Source: Cyanobacteria bacterium RYN_339 (GTDB lineage Bacteria; Cyanobacteriota; Sericytochromatia; S15B-MN24; JAQBPE01). From it: a stretch of 64,000 nt of DNA. The stretch spans positions 4,642 to 68,641 of the forward strand of contig JAQBPE010000490.1 of the NCBI GenBank assembly GCA_028287685.1. Reading direction: 5' to 3'. The notes beneath the pieces were generated by a model. It saw only the letters and a program-made list of their open reading frames with translations. It was not told the DNA's origin and did no database searches. The position numbers and the translations under genes are program-made. Below are positions 54,321 through 61,695 of the stretch, piece by piece. Within the stretch, counting starts at the first letter, position 1. Each line of letters begins with the position of its first letter.

Positions 54321-56918
54321 TTACTCCAGGCCGAACGCCGCGTAGAGGTTCTCGATCGCCCGCTGGTGCTCCTCCGGCGTGAGCGCCGCCCCCGAAGCGC
54401 CCATGGCCGTGAGCGCGTTGTTCAGTTGCTGCTTTTTGTCCACCGGCTCGCCCGTCACAGGGTCTCGGGCAGGCACGCTCATGGCGGCCAGCACCTGCGA
54501 GACGTAGGCCGTACCGTCGCTGCCGAGCCCGGCGGAGAGCGCTGTCAACGCCCCGGGCATGGTGCCCTCGAGCTTCGGCAGCACGTTGTCCTTGAAGTCC
54601 GGCGACGCGAAGTTGTCCAGCTGCTTGGTCCACGGGCTGCCGGACTTCACCAGCGCCGCGATCTGCTTGTCGTCGAGCCCGAGGTTCTTCTTCACGGCGG
54701 TGTAGGCCCCGGCGTCGCTGTTGGTCAGGAAGGTCGCGAGGCCGTCTTCCACGCCGATGTCCTTCATCACGCCCTTGATCTCGTTGATGCGCTTCTCGTG
54801 CTCCTGGCCCGCGGACCACGACTTCCAGATCATCAGCCCGCCCGCCACGATCAAGGCGGCGACGTTGAGGCCGGGGATCTCCGTGGTCAGGGCCAGCACG
54901 CCCAGCGCCACCGTGATGCCGTCGGCGCCCGCCGCCACGTAGTTGCCGTCCATGAAGTCCTTGATGCCGCTCACGGCGCCGGCGACGATGGCGAGCACCG
55001 GACCGGCCTTTTCCAGCGACTCCAGGGGCAGCGTCTCGCCCAAGGAAGCGAAGGCCTTGCCGGCCTTGCCGATCACCTCCGCGCTGTTGCTGGCGAGGCT
55101 CAGGGCCGCCTGCGCGTGGGCCACGAAGCCGTCGGCGTTGGCGAAGGCGAGCACGCCCGTCACCAGGCCCGCGGCGCCCAGCGCCACGCCCAGCTTGCTG
55201 CCGCTACCGGCCGCGTCCTCGATCACCTGGCCGGCGGCTGCCGCGTCCTTGGCCTTGAGCGCCTCGTTCAGCTTCGTGATGCCGTCCTTGAACGGCTTGA
55301 GGTCGCCGTAGACCTCCTTGGCCTGGTCGATCGCGTGGCCCAGGTCGGAGTCCACGAAGGCCTGCATCGCGGCCGCCGGGTCACCCCCGTTCGCCCCGAT
55401 GGCGCGCGTGATCTCCGCGTTGAAGACCTCCGGCAAGACCTCCTCGGAGATCATCTTCAGGCGCTTCTCCGGCACGTTGGCCGCGTTTTGCAGCACGGCG
55501 GTGGCGATCGCCTTGGCGGCGTCCAGCCCGGCCGGGTCCTGGGCCGAGATCTTGAGCGCCTTTTCCAGGGCGCCGGCGTCCACCTCCGACAGCTGGTCGC
55601 CGCGTTGCAGCGCGTTGCCGATGGCCACCTGGTCCTTGGTCACGGTCTCGGCCAGGTGCTGCTGCGCCTCGTCCAGGGCCTTGTATTCGGGGTGCTTCGC
55701 CTTGAAGGCGTCGACGAAAGCCTTCTGCTGGTCGGGGGGCATGCCCGCCATCTCCTGCATCGCCAGCTGCAAGGTCTCGTTCGCGTCCTTGCACTTGTCC
55801 AGGGCCTTGTCATAGACGTCCTGGGCGTCCTTGACCTCGGCCACGGCCTCCAATTCCGCCGTGTGCTCGGCGCCCAGGGTGGCGTCGCCGGTCGTCACGC
55901 CGGCGTTGGTGTCCACCTCGTTGTGGGCGGCTTCGAGCGCCTTGCGGATGTCCTTGGCGGTGTCCTTGTCGTCGCGCAAGGCGTAGAGCAGCTGCTTGCG
56001 CACGTCCTTGGAGACGGCGGGGTTGGCGGCGCTGCGCGCGGCGTCCGCCAGCTCCGGCTTGCCCAGCTTCTCGTACTGCGCCGCCACCTCGTTCAGCAGC
56101 GCGGCGTTGGGCGTATCGGCGTCCACGTCCAGGCTCTGCAACGCCTTCTTCAGCAACACGTCCGGCGACGACTGGCAGAGCGCCGTCTGGGCGCCCAATA
56201 CGGCTTGCAGGTCCTGGGGCGTCTTGCAGGCGTGGGCGGCCTCCTCCAGGTCCGAGGCGGTGTCCTTGCCGTCTTGCAGCGACTGCGTCAGGTGCTCGCG
56301 CACGTCCTTGCTCACGGCGGGGTCGCCGGCCGCGCGGGTGGCGGCGGCCTGGCCGGCGTTGCCCAGGCGGTCCATGTGGTCGGCGATGCGGTCGAAGACC
56401 GCCTGGTTGGGCGTTTCCGCGCCTTCATCCTGGGCTTTGAGGAGATCCTGCAAGACCACTTGCGGGTCCATGCCCTTGGCCTCCGCGGCGGCCAACACGG
56501 CGTCCACGTCGTCGGCGGTCTTCACATGGCCGGCGGCGTCGCTGAAGTCCTCGCCGGTGTCCTTGTCGTCTTGCAAGGCGTAGTCCAGGTCGCCCTGCAC
56601 GCCGTCGGAGAGCACCTCGCAGTGCTGGGCGGGCGCTTCCTGCGCGAAGAGCGCGTCCAGCTCATTGTCCGACAGGCTGTTGTTGTGGTCCTGGTCGAAG
56701 CGGGCGAACAGGTCCTCGCGTTGCTTCTGGTCGGTGGTCGCCAGCTGGGCGTCTTGCACGAAGGTCTGCTTGTCCACCTCGGCAGGCTTGCCGGCCTTGT
56801 CCGAGGCGAGCTTGGCCAGGCGCTGGCGCTCCATCTCCGCCTGCTGCCGCTTGGCCGCCGCTTCGGCCGCCTGCCGCGCCGCCTCCAGGTTGCCCGTCCC
56901 GGTCTTCACGTCGCCCAT
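54321..56918 (-). CDS. Hypothetical 865-aa protein: EF-hand loop, ~100-aa acidic tandem repeats, C-terminal glycine-zipper hydrophobic segments
   Basis: ATG 56918 with GGAGGG at -6; the 254-codon upstream extension in the track overlaps the divergent cyanophycinase gene. No signal peptide. Details are given in the findings. Confidence 0.75.
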   Translation of the reverse strand: MGDVKTGTGNLEAARQAAEAAAKRQQAEMERQRLAKLASDKAGKPAEVDKQTFVQDAQLATTDQKQREDLFARFDQDHNNSLSDNELDALFAQEAPAQHCEVLSDGVQGDLDYALQDDKDTGEDFSDAAGHVKTADDVDAVLAAAEAKGMDPQVVLQDLLKAQDEGAETPNQAVFDRIADHMDRLGNAGQAAATRAAGDPAVSKDVREHLTQSLQDGKDTASDLEEAAHACKTPQDLQAVLGAQTALCQSSPDVLLKKALQSLDVDADTPNAALLNEVAAQYEKLGKPELADAARSAANPAVSKDVRKQLLYALRDDKDTAKDIRKALEAAHNEVDTNAGVTTGDATLGAEHTAELEAVAEVKDAQDVYDKALDKCKDANETLQLAMQEMAGMPPDQQKAFVDAFKAKHPEYKALDEAQQHLAETVTKDQVAIGNALQRGDQLSEVDAGALEKALKISAQDPAGLDAAKAIATAVLQNAANVPEKRLKMISEEVLPEVFNAEITRAIGANGGDPAAAMQAFVDSDLGHAIDQAKEVYGDLKPFKDGITKLNEALKAKDAAAAGQVIEDAAGSGSKLGVALGAAGLVTGVLAFANADGFVAHAQAALSLASNSAEVIGKAGKAFASLGETLPLESLEKAGPVLAIVAGAVSGIKDFMDGNYVAAGADGITVALGVLALTTEIPGLNVAALIVAGGLMIWKSWSAGQEHEKRINEIKGVMKDIGVEDGLATFLTNSDAGAYTAVKKNLGLDDKQIAALVKSGSPWTKQLDNFASPDFKDNVLPKLEGTMPGALTALSAGLGSDGTAYVSQVLAAMSVPARDPVTGEPVDKKQQLNNALTAMGASGAALTPEEHQRAIENLYAAFGLE

Positions 56919-56997
56919 GATCCGCCCTCCTGCTGTCTGTATGTCATACCCAAGTGGCGCGGTAGCCTGGAAGGCCCGGCCGATGTAAGATGGCGTG

Positions 56998-57882
56998 ATG
57001 CCCAAGAAACAAGGCCATTTGGTGATCGTCGGCGGCCCGGAGAGCCGCGTTCCGGAACGCGAGATCCTGACGCGCGCCGCGCACCTGGCCGGTGGCGCCA
57101 GCACGCGGGTTTGCATCCTGGCGGCGGGCAAGAAGGCCAACGCCGACCACCTGTCGGCCTTGGGCACGGCCTTCGACGCCCTGGGCGTGCGCGGCGTGAC
57201 CTGCCACCTGCTGGCCGACCGCAAGCAGGTGGACGCCCCGGAGGTGCTGGAGGCGATCGACGCGGCGAGCTGCGTGGTGCTGACGGCCGCGGACCCGGCG
57301 GACCTGGCCAAGGCCTTCAAGGGCACCACGGCGGAGCGCCGCGTGCACGAGGCCTTCGAGCGCCGGGGCGCCTGCGTCATGGTGGTGGGCGGCGCGTCCT
57401 CCGGCATCTCGCGCCACATGGTGGCGGAGGGCAAGAGCGACATCCACCCGCGCGCCGGGCTGATCTCCCTGACGGAGGGCCTGGGCTTCCTCGACCGCGT
57501 GGTGATCGACCACCACTTCTCCGACAAGCAGCGCATGGGCCGCCTGCTCTCGATCGTGGCCCAGAAGCCGGACCTGATCGGCGTGGGCGTGGACGCGCGC
57601 ACGGCCATGGTCGTGACGCCGGGGCGCCGGCTGGAGGTGATCGGCCAGGCCACGGTCACGATCCTGGACGGCCGCACCATGAGCTACTGCAGCGCCGGCC
57701 AGGTGCCCCCGGACGCGATCCTCGCCATGGGCAACGTGCAACTGCACCTGCTGCCCGCCGGCTTCGCCTTCGACCTGGAGGGCGGCCTGCCCCCCTCGCG
57801 CGGCGTGATCGGCGCGAAGGTTCCCCCCGCCTTGCACGAGGTGGTCTCACAGCTCGTGAGCGCGCTTCCCTTCAAGCCCTGA
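56998..57882 (+). CDS. Cyanophycinase-like peptidase (family S51)
   Basis: GHLVIVGGPE N-terminus, Ser-nucleophile region VMVVGGASSGIS, VVIDHHFSDKQRMGRL block typical of CphE/CphB-type enzymes. Confidence 0.8.
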   Translation: MPKKQGHLVIVGGPESRVPEREILTRAAHLAGGASTRVCILAAGKKANADHLSALGTAFDALGVRGVTCHLLADRKQVDAPEVLEAIDAASCVVLTAADPADLAKAFKGTTAERRVHEAFERRGACVMVVGGASSGISRHMVAEGKSDIHPRAGLISLTEGLGFLDRVVIDHHFSDKQRMGRLLSIVAQKPDLIGVGVDARTAMVVTPGRRLEVIGQATVTILDGRTMSYCSAGQVPPDAILAMGNVQLHLLPAGFAFDLEGGLPPSRGVIGAKVPPALHEVVSQLVSALPFKP

Positions 57883-57934
57883 GCATGATTCAAACCCTTG
57901 CTTGTGAGGCATAAAATCGAGTGAGGGGGACCGA

Positions 57935-58339
57935 ATGCCCCAAGACATCGAGTTGTTGGCGCTCATCATGGAGCGCGAAGGCTACCTGACCCGGCAACAG
58001 GTCCAACATGCGATGGCGGTCCAGCAGCACCAGGTCACCCTGGGGCGGGCTTTCTCGTTCGGCGAAGTGGCCGTGAAGCTAACGTTTTGCACCGACACGG
58101 ACGTGCGCTACGCCCAGTCGATCGAGGCCCGCCTGGAGGTCCCGGCCGGCCAGCGGCGCCCGTTGGGCTATTACTTGCTGGAGGCCGGCGCGTTGCTGCC
58201 CTCCCAGCTGCTGGAAGGGCTGGAGGAACAGGCCTTCTACGGCAGCCGCCTGGGCGAGATCCTGGTGCGCAACGGGTGGGTCGCGGAGCCGGACATCGAG
58301 CGCGCGTTGGCGCAGCAGAAGGCCACGGTGCCGGGCTAA
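57935..58339 (+). CDS. Stand-alone MshEN/T2SSE_N-like protein, putative c-di-GMP receptor (paralog 3)
   Basis: GAGGGGGA SD. PLGYYLLEAGALLPSQLLEGLEEQ + AFYGS + RLGEILVRNGWVAEPDIERALAQQ (nt 58160-58318). Confidence 0.8.
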   Translation: MPQDIELLALIMEREGYLTRQQVQHAMAVQQHQVTLGRAFSFGEVAVKLTFCTDTDVRYAQSIEARLEVPAGQRRPLGYYLLEAGALLPSQLLEGLEEQAFYGSRLGEILVRNGWVAEPDIERALAQQKATVPG

Positions 58340-58371
58340 CGGGCCCTGAAAAGGCAACAGCGCCCAGGGAT

Positions 58372-59820
58372 CTAACCCGCGGCCAGGGCCTCGACCACCG
58401 CGTCTTGCAACTGGCGGCTGCGGGTGGCCGGGCCGACGAAACCGTTGGTCATGATCACGACGACCAGGCTTTGGCCATCGGCGGTTTCGAGATAGCCCGC
58501 CAGGCCGCTGACGCCGCTCATGGTGCCGGTCTTGGCGCGCAGGTGGCCCTTGGTCACGGGCGTGTTCAGGCGGTTGGCCAGCGTGCCGTCGACGCCGGCC
58601 ACGGGCAGGGCGATCAGCAGCGCGGGATAGCCCACGGGCTGGGTCGGCATGTAGGTCAGCAGGCGCGCCAGCATGGCCGGGCTCACCTGGTCGTAGCGCG
58701 ACAGCCCGCTGCCGTCGGAGAGCCGGTAGCCGTCCGCCTGCCAGCCGGCCTTGGTCAGGAACTCGCCCAGCGTGCGCAGGCCCTTGTCCCAGGTGCCGGC
58801 GCCGCCCTTGCCGCGCATGCCCAGGTGCAGCAGCAGGGTCTCCGCCAGCATGTTGTCGCTCTCCTTGAGCATGTCGCGCACCACGTCGGCCAGCATCGGC
58901 GAGGCGTGCTGGGCCACGGCGCGCGCGCCGGCCGGGGTGCCGCCCAGGCGGATCTGGCCGTCGACCGCGATGCCGGAGCGGTTCAGCGCTTCCTTCATGT
59001 AGGTGACGGTGTAGCGCACGGGCTCGGCGACCGCCAGGTGCTCCACGGTCTGGCCGGCGCCCACGGGCAAGCCGCCCTTTACCGCCAGCACTTCCTGCCA
59101 GGCGCCGCCGGAGGCGGGGCCCACGTCCAGGCCCAGGCTGGCCTCCGCGCCGGCGGCCTGGGTGGTGGTGCGGTTCTGCACCTGGATGTAGTTGGTGCCG
59201 GGCGTGATCGTCATGCCCAGCGGCAGGCCGGGGCGGGCGCCGGGGGCGATCGCCACGTCCAGGGTGTTGCGGTGGAGCGACAAGGCCGAAACGGGCGCCC
59301 CGTAGGCCTGCGAAAGGTCATCCCACGCCCAGCCCTGGGCGCCGCGGCCCTCCGGTTGGAAGAAGGCCGCGTCTGCCACCAGGTCGCCGGAGATGCGTCG
59401 CACGCCCTGGGCCTTGAGCTTGGCCGCCATGCCGTCCAGGTCCGCGGCCTCGAGCGTGGGATCGCCCTCGCCGCGCAGGTAGACGTGGCCGTGCAGCACG
59501 CCGCCGTCCACGTTGCCCTCCGTGAGCAGGCGGGTGGTGAAGCGGCGCTGGGTGCCCAGCATGGTCAGGGCGGCGGAGGCCGTCGCGAGCTTCTGCAGCG
59601 AGGCCGGCACGAAGAGCTTGTTGGCCTCGCGCTCGTACAGCGGCTTGCCGGTGCCCAGGGAGACCACGCTGATGCCCACGTGGCTCTCCGGCGGCGCCAG
59701 CTTCTGCACCAGCGCGTCGAGCTTCGCGGCCAGCGGTTGGTCCGCGCCGCGAGCCGGAGCAGCGGTAAGCAGGGTGGCGACCAGCGTGGAGGCGAGCAAG
59801 CGGCGGATCATTGGCATCAT
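58372..59820 (-). CDS. dacB: D-alanyl-D-alanine carboxypeptidase/endopeptidase (PBP4, peptidase S13)
   Basis: SxxK PASLQK, SxN ESDN, KTG RAKTGTM. Start is one of the ATGs at 59811, 59817 or 59820. Confidence 0.9.
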   Translation of the reverse strand: MMPMIRRLLASTLVATLLTAAPARGADQPLAAKLDALVQKLAPPESHVGISVVSLGTGKPLYEREANKLFVPASLQKLATASAALTMLGTQRRFTTRLLTEGNVDGGVLHGHVYLRGEGDPTLEAADLDGMAAKLKAQGVRRISGDLVADAAFFQPEGRGAQGWAWDDLSQAYGAPVSALSLHRNTLDVAIAPGARPGLPLGMTITPGTNYIQVQNRTTTQAAGAEASLGLDVGPASGGAWQEVLAVKGGLPVGAGQTVEHLAVAEPVRYTVTYMKEALNRSGIAVDGQIRLGGTPAGARAVAQHASPMLADVVRDMLKESDNMLAETLLLHLGMRGKGGAGTWDKGLRTLGEFLTKAGWQADGYRLSDGSGLSRYDQVSPAMLARLLTYMPTQPVGYPALLIALPVAGVDGTLANRLNTPVTKGHLRAKTGTMSGVSGLAGYLETADGQSLVVVIMTNGFVGPATRSRQLQDAVVEALAAG

Positions 59821-59879
59821 CGTAGCACAAACCTCGCTTGGCACGCGTCGACAATGGCGTCCCGAGGTACATAACCCCC

Positions 59880-61133
59880 ATGACCGTCTGGAGCGTGAAC
59901 CTCAACCCCAACCGCCTGGATCCCGACCTGGATCCGGAGAACCTCCGCCGCGCCGCGCCGGGCGCCTTCGCGCAGCTCGAGGCGTTGGGGGTGGGCGGCA
60001 TCCGCGTGGACATCTTCTGGCACGCCCTGCAGCCCCAGCATGGCGCCGTGGACCTCGCGATGCTGCGCTGGTACCGCGACTTCTTCGCGGAGGCGCGCCG
60101 CCGCGGCCTGCAGATCTACGCCTTGCTCTACCACCCGCCGCGCTGGGCCATGCAGCTGCTGCAAGACAACCCCGAGGACTTCTTGATCGCCTGGCGCGAC
60201 TTCTGCACGCTGGTGGCGGAAGAGTTCGGCGGCATGCTGGCGCTGGTGCAGCCCTGGAACGAGCCCAACAACTTCCTGGCCGCCCTCAAGGGCGACCCCG
60301 TGCTCTTCCACACCCGCAAGATCGGCCCGGTCACGCTGCCCGTGGGCGTGCCCTGGGAGACGCTGACCGCTCTGTTCAAGATCACCCGGCAGGTCATGCC
60401 CCGCGAGTGCAAGGTGGTCTTCAACGTGCTCGCCAACCTGTGCCCCTTCATCCCCGCGAGCTGCGGCTGGCTGGATTGGGAGCACTTCGCCGACCGCTTC
60501 ATGGCGCTGGCCCACCCCTGGGTCGACGTGATCGCGCTCGACCACTACCCCGATACCTGGGCGCCCGGCACCGGGCCGCTAGAGTGGGATTGCCTGGACC
60601 TCGCCGCCCGCAAGGCCGTTGACCCCGCCAGCCCCTGGCACCGCAAGACCGTGATCTTGGGCGAGGTGGGCTACTCCAGCGCACCCAACTTCCGCGTGGG
60701 GCTCGCCAACTTCTTCCCCGGCACGCGCGGCGAGGCCCCGATGGCCGACTGGTACGCCCGCGCGCTGCCCTGCATCGTGGACAAGCTCGCGCGCTTCCCG
60801 CACAACCAGTGCCACTGGGTGAACATGTACGAGCTGTTCGACCCGCTGCGCGAGCTGACGGGCCACCCCGCGCTCGCGATCGAGAACCACTTCGGGCTGA
60901 TCCGCAAGGACTACACCCGCAAGCCGGCCTTCGACACCGTGCAGGCGGCGATCGCCGGCAACTTCAGCACGCTGCCGGCGCCCTGGCGCACGCGCGAGCC
61001 GTTCTACTGGCGCGTGGCGCGCTGGGGCCGCCGCCTGGACGCGCGCCTGCGGCCTTCACCGGTGCTGGAGAAGCTGATCCCGCAGGCTAGTGAACTTTCA
61101 CCGGAACCACCGTATCCGGCGCGGTCTTCTTAA
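59880..61133 (+). CDS. Clan GH-A (TIM-barrel, GH5/GH39-like) glycoside hydrolase family protein
   Basis: Acid/base LVQPWNEPNN and nucleophile VILGEVGYSS. ATG 59880 chosen. The 3' end overlaps the convergent Sel1 gene by 47 nt. Confidence 0.7.
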   Translation: MTVWSVNLNPNRLDPDLDPENLRRAAPGAFAQLEALGVGGIRVDIFWHALQPQHGAVDLAMLRWYRDFFAEARRRGLQIYALLYHPPRWAMQLLQDNPEDFLIAWRDFCTLVAEEFGGMLALVQPWNEPNNFLAALKGDPVLFHTRKIGPVTLPVGVPWETLTALFKITRQVMPRECKVVFNVLANLCPFIPASCGWLDWEHFADRFMALAHPWVDVIALDHYPDTWAPGTGPLEWDCLDLAARKAVDPASPWHRKTVILGEVGYSSAPNFRVGLANFFPGTRGEAPMADWYARALPCIVDKLARFPHNQCHWVNMYELFDPLRELTGHPALAIENHFGLIRKDYTRKPAFDTVQAAIAGNFSTLPAPWRTREPFYWRVARWGRRLDARLRPSPVLEKLIPQASELSPEPPYPARSS

Positions 61134-61695
61134 AGGCGTCCTTCGCATCGAGCACGCCCACCAGGCGCTTCTGCTCCGCGGCGTCCTGGAAGGCGTGGCG
61201 CTTGACCCAGGCCACGGCCTGGGTGTGGGCGGTGGCGAGGTTTTCACGCGTCAGGCTGTTGTTGGCCTGGGCCGACCAGCGCTTCGCCAGCGGGTCGCCC
61301 ATGACCTCGGCAAGCTTGATGTAGGCATAGCCGCGCGGCAGGTCGCGCGGGGCGCCCTCCGCGTTGAAGTACATCGCACCCAACAGGCGCAGCGCGCCCG
61401 GGTAGCCCAGGTCGGCGGCCTTGGTGAGGGGCGGCAGGGCCTTGGTGTAGTCCCTTTGCTGGCCGCCGCGGCCGAAGTAGGAGAAGTAGCCCATCAAGAA
61501 CAGCGCGGCACGGTTGCCCTTGCGCGCGGCGGGCTCGACCAGCTTGTAGGCTTGCGCGTCGTTGCTCGTGCCGGCCTGCACCAGCTTGATGGCCTTTTCC
61601 ACGTCCGCCTGGACGGCCGGCGTGGCCTGGGGGTAGCCCTTCATCAGGCCGGGCGCCATCGCGGCCAGCGTGAACAGCGTCAACAGGGTCTTCAA
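61087..61695 (-). CDS. Small Sel1-like repeat protein, exported
   Basis: TTG 61695 (GGAGGA at -9) overlaps the S9 peptidase stop (TTGA). Signal LKTLLTLFTLAAMAPGLM. SLR units GNRAALFLMGYFSYFGRGG ... GYPGALRLLGAMYFNAEGAPRD. Only the last 202 codons of track ORF 61087-63678 are used. Confidence 0.75.
   Translation of the reverse strand: MKTLLTLFTLAAMAPGLMKGYPQATPAVQADVEKAIKLVQAGTSNDAQAYKLVEPAARKGNRAALFLMGYFSYFGRGGQQRDYTKALPPLTKAADLGYPGALRLLGAMYFNAEGAPRDLPRGYAYIKLAEVMGDPLAKRWSAQANNSLTRENLATAHTQAVAWVKRHAFQDAAEQKRLVGVLDAKDAFKKTAPDTVVPVKVH

Noticed and set aside
56919-57680. 254-codon N-terminal extension of the 865-aa protein ORF
   Set aside because: It overlaps the divergent cyanophycinase gene antisense. 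A strong SD (GGAGGG) precedes the internal ATG at 56918, and the extension has no coding-like features.
54366-57914. 1182-aa plus-strand ORF
   Set aside because: It is antisense to the 865-aa repeat protein and runs in a different frame through the cyanophycinase gene. The composition is Arg/Gly/Leu-rich low complexity, so it is a shadow ORF.
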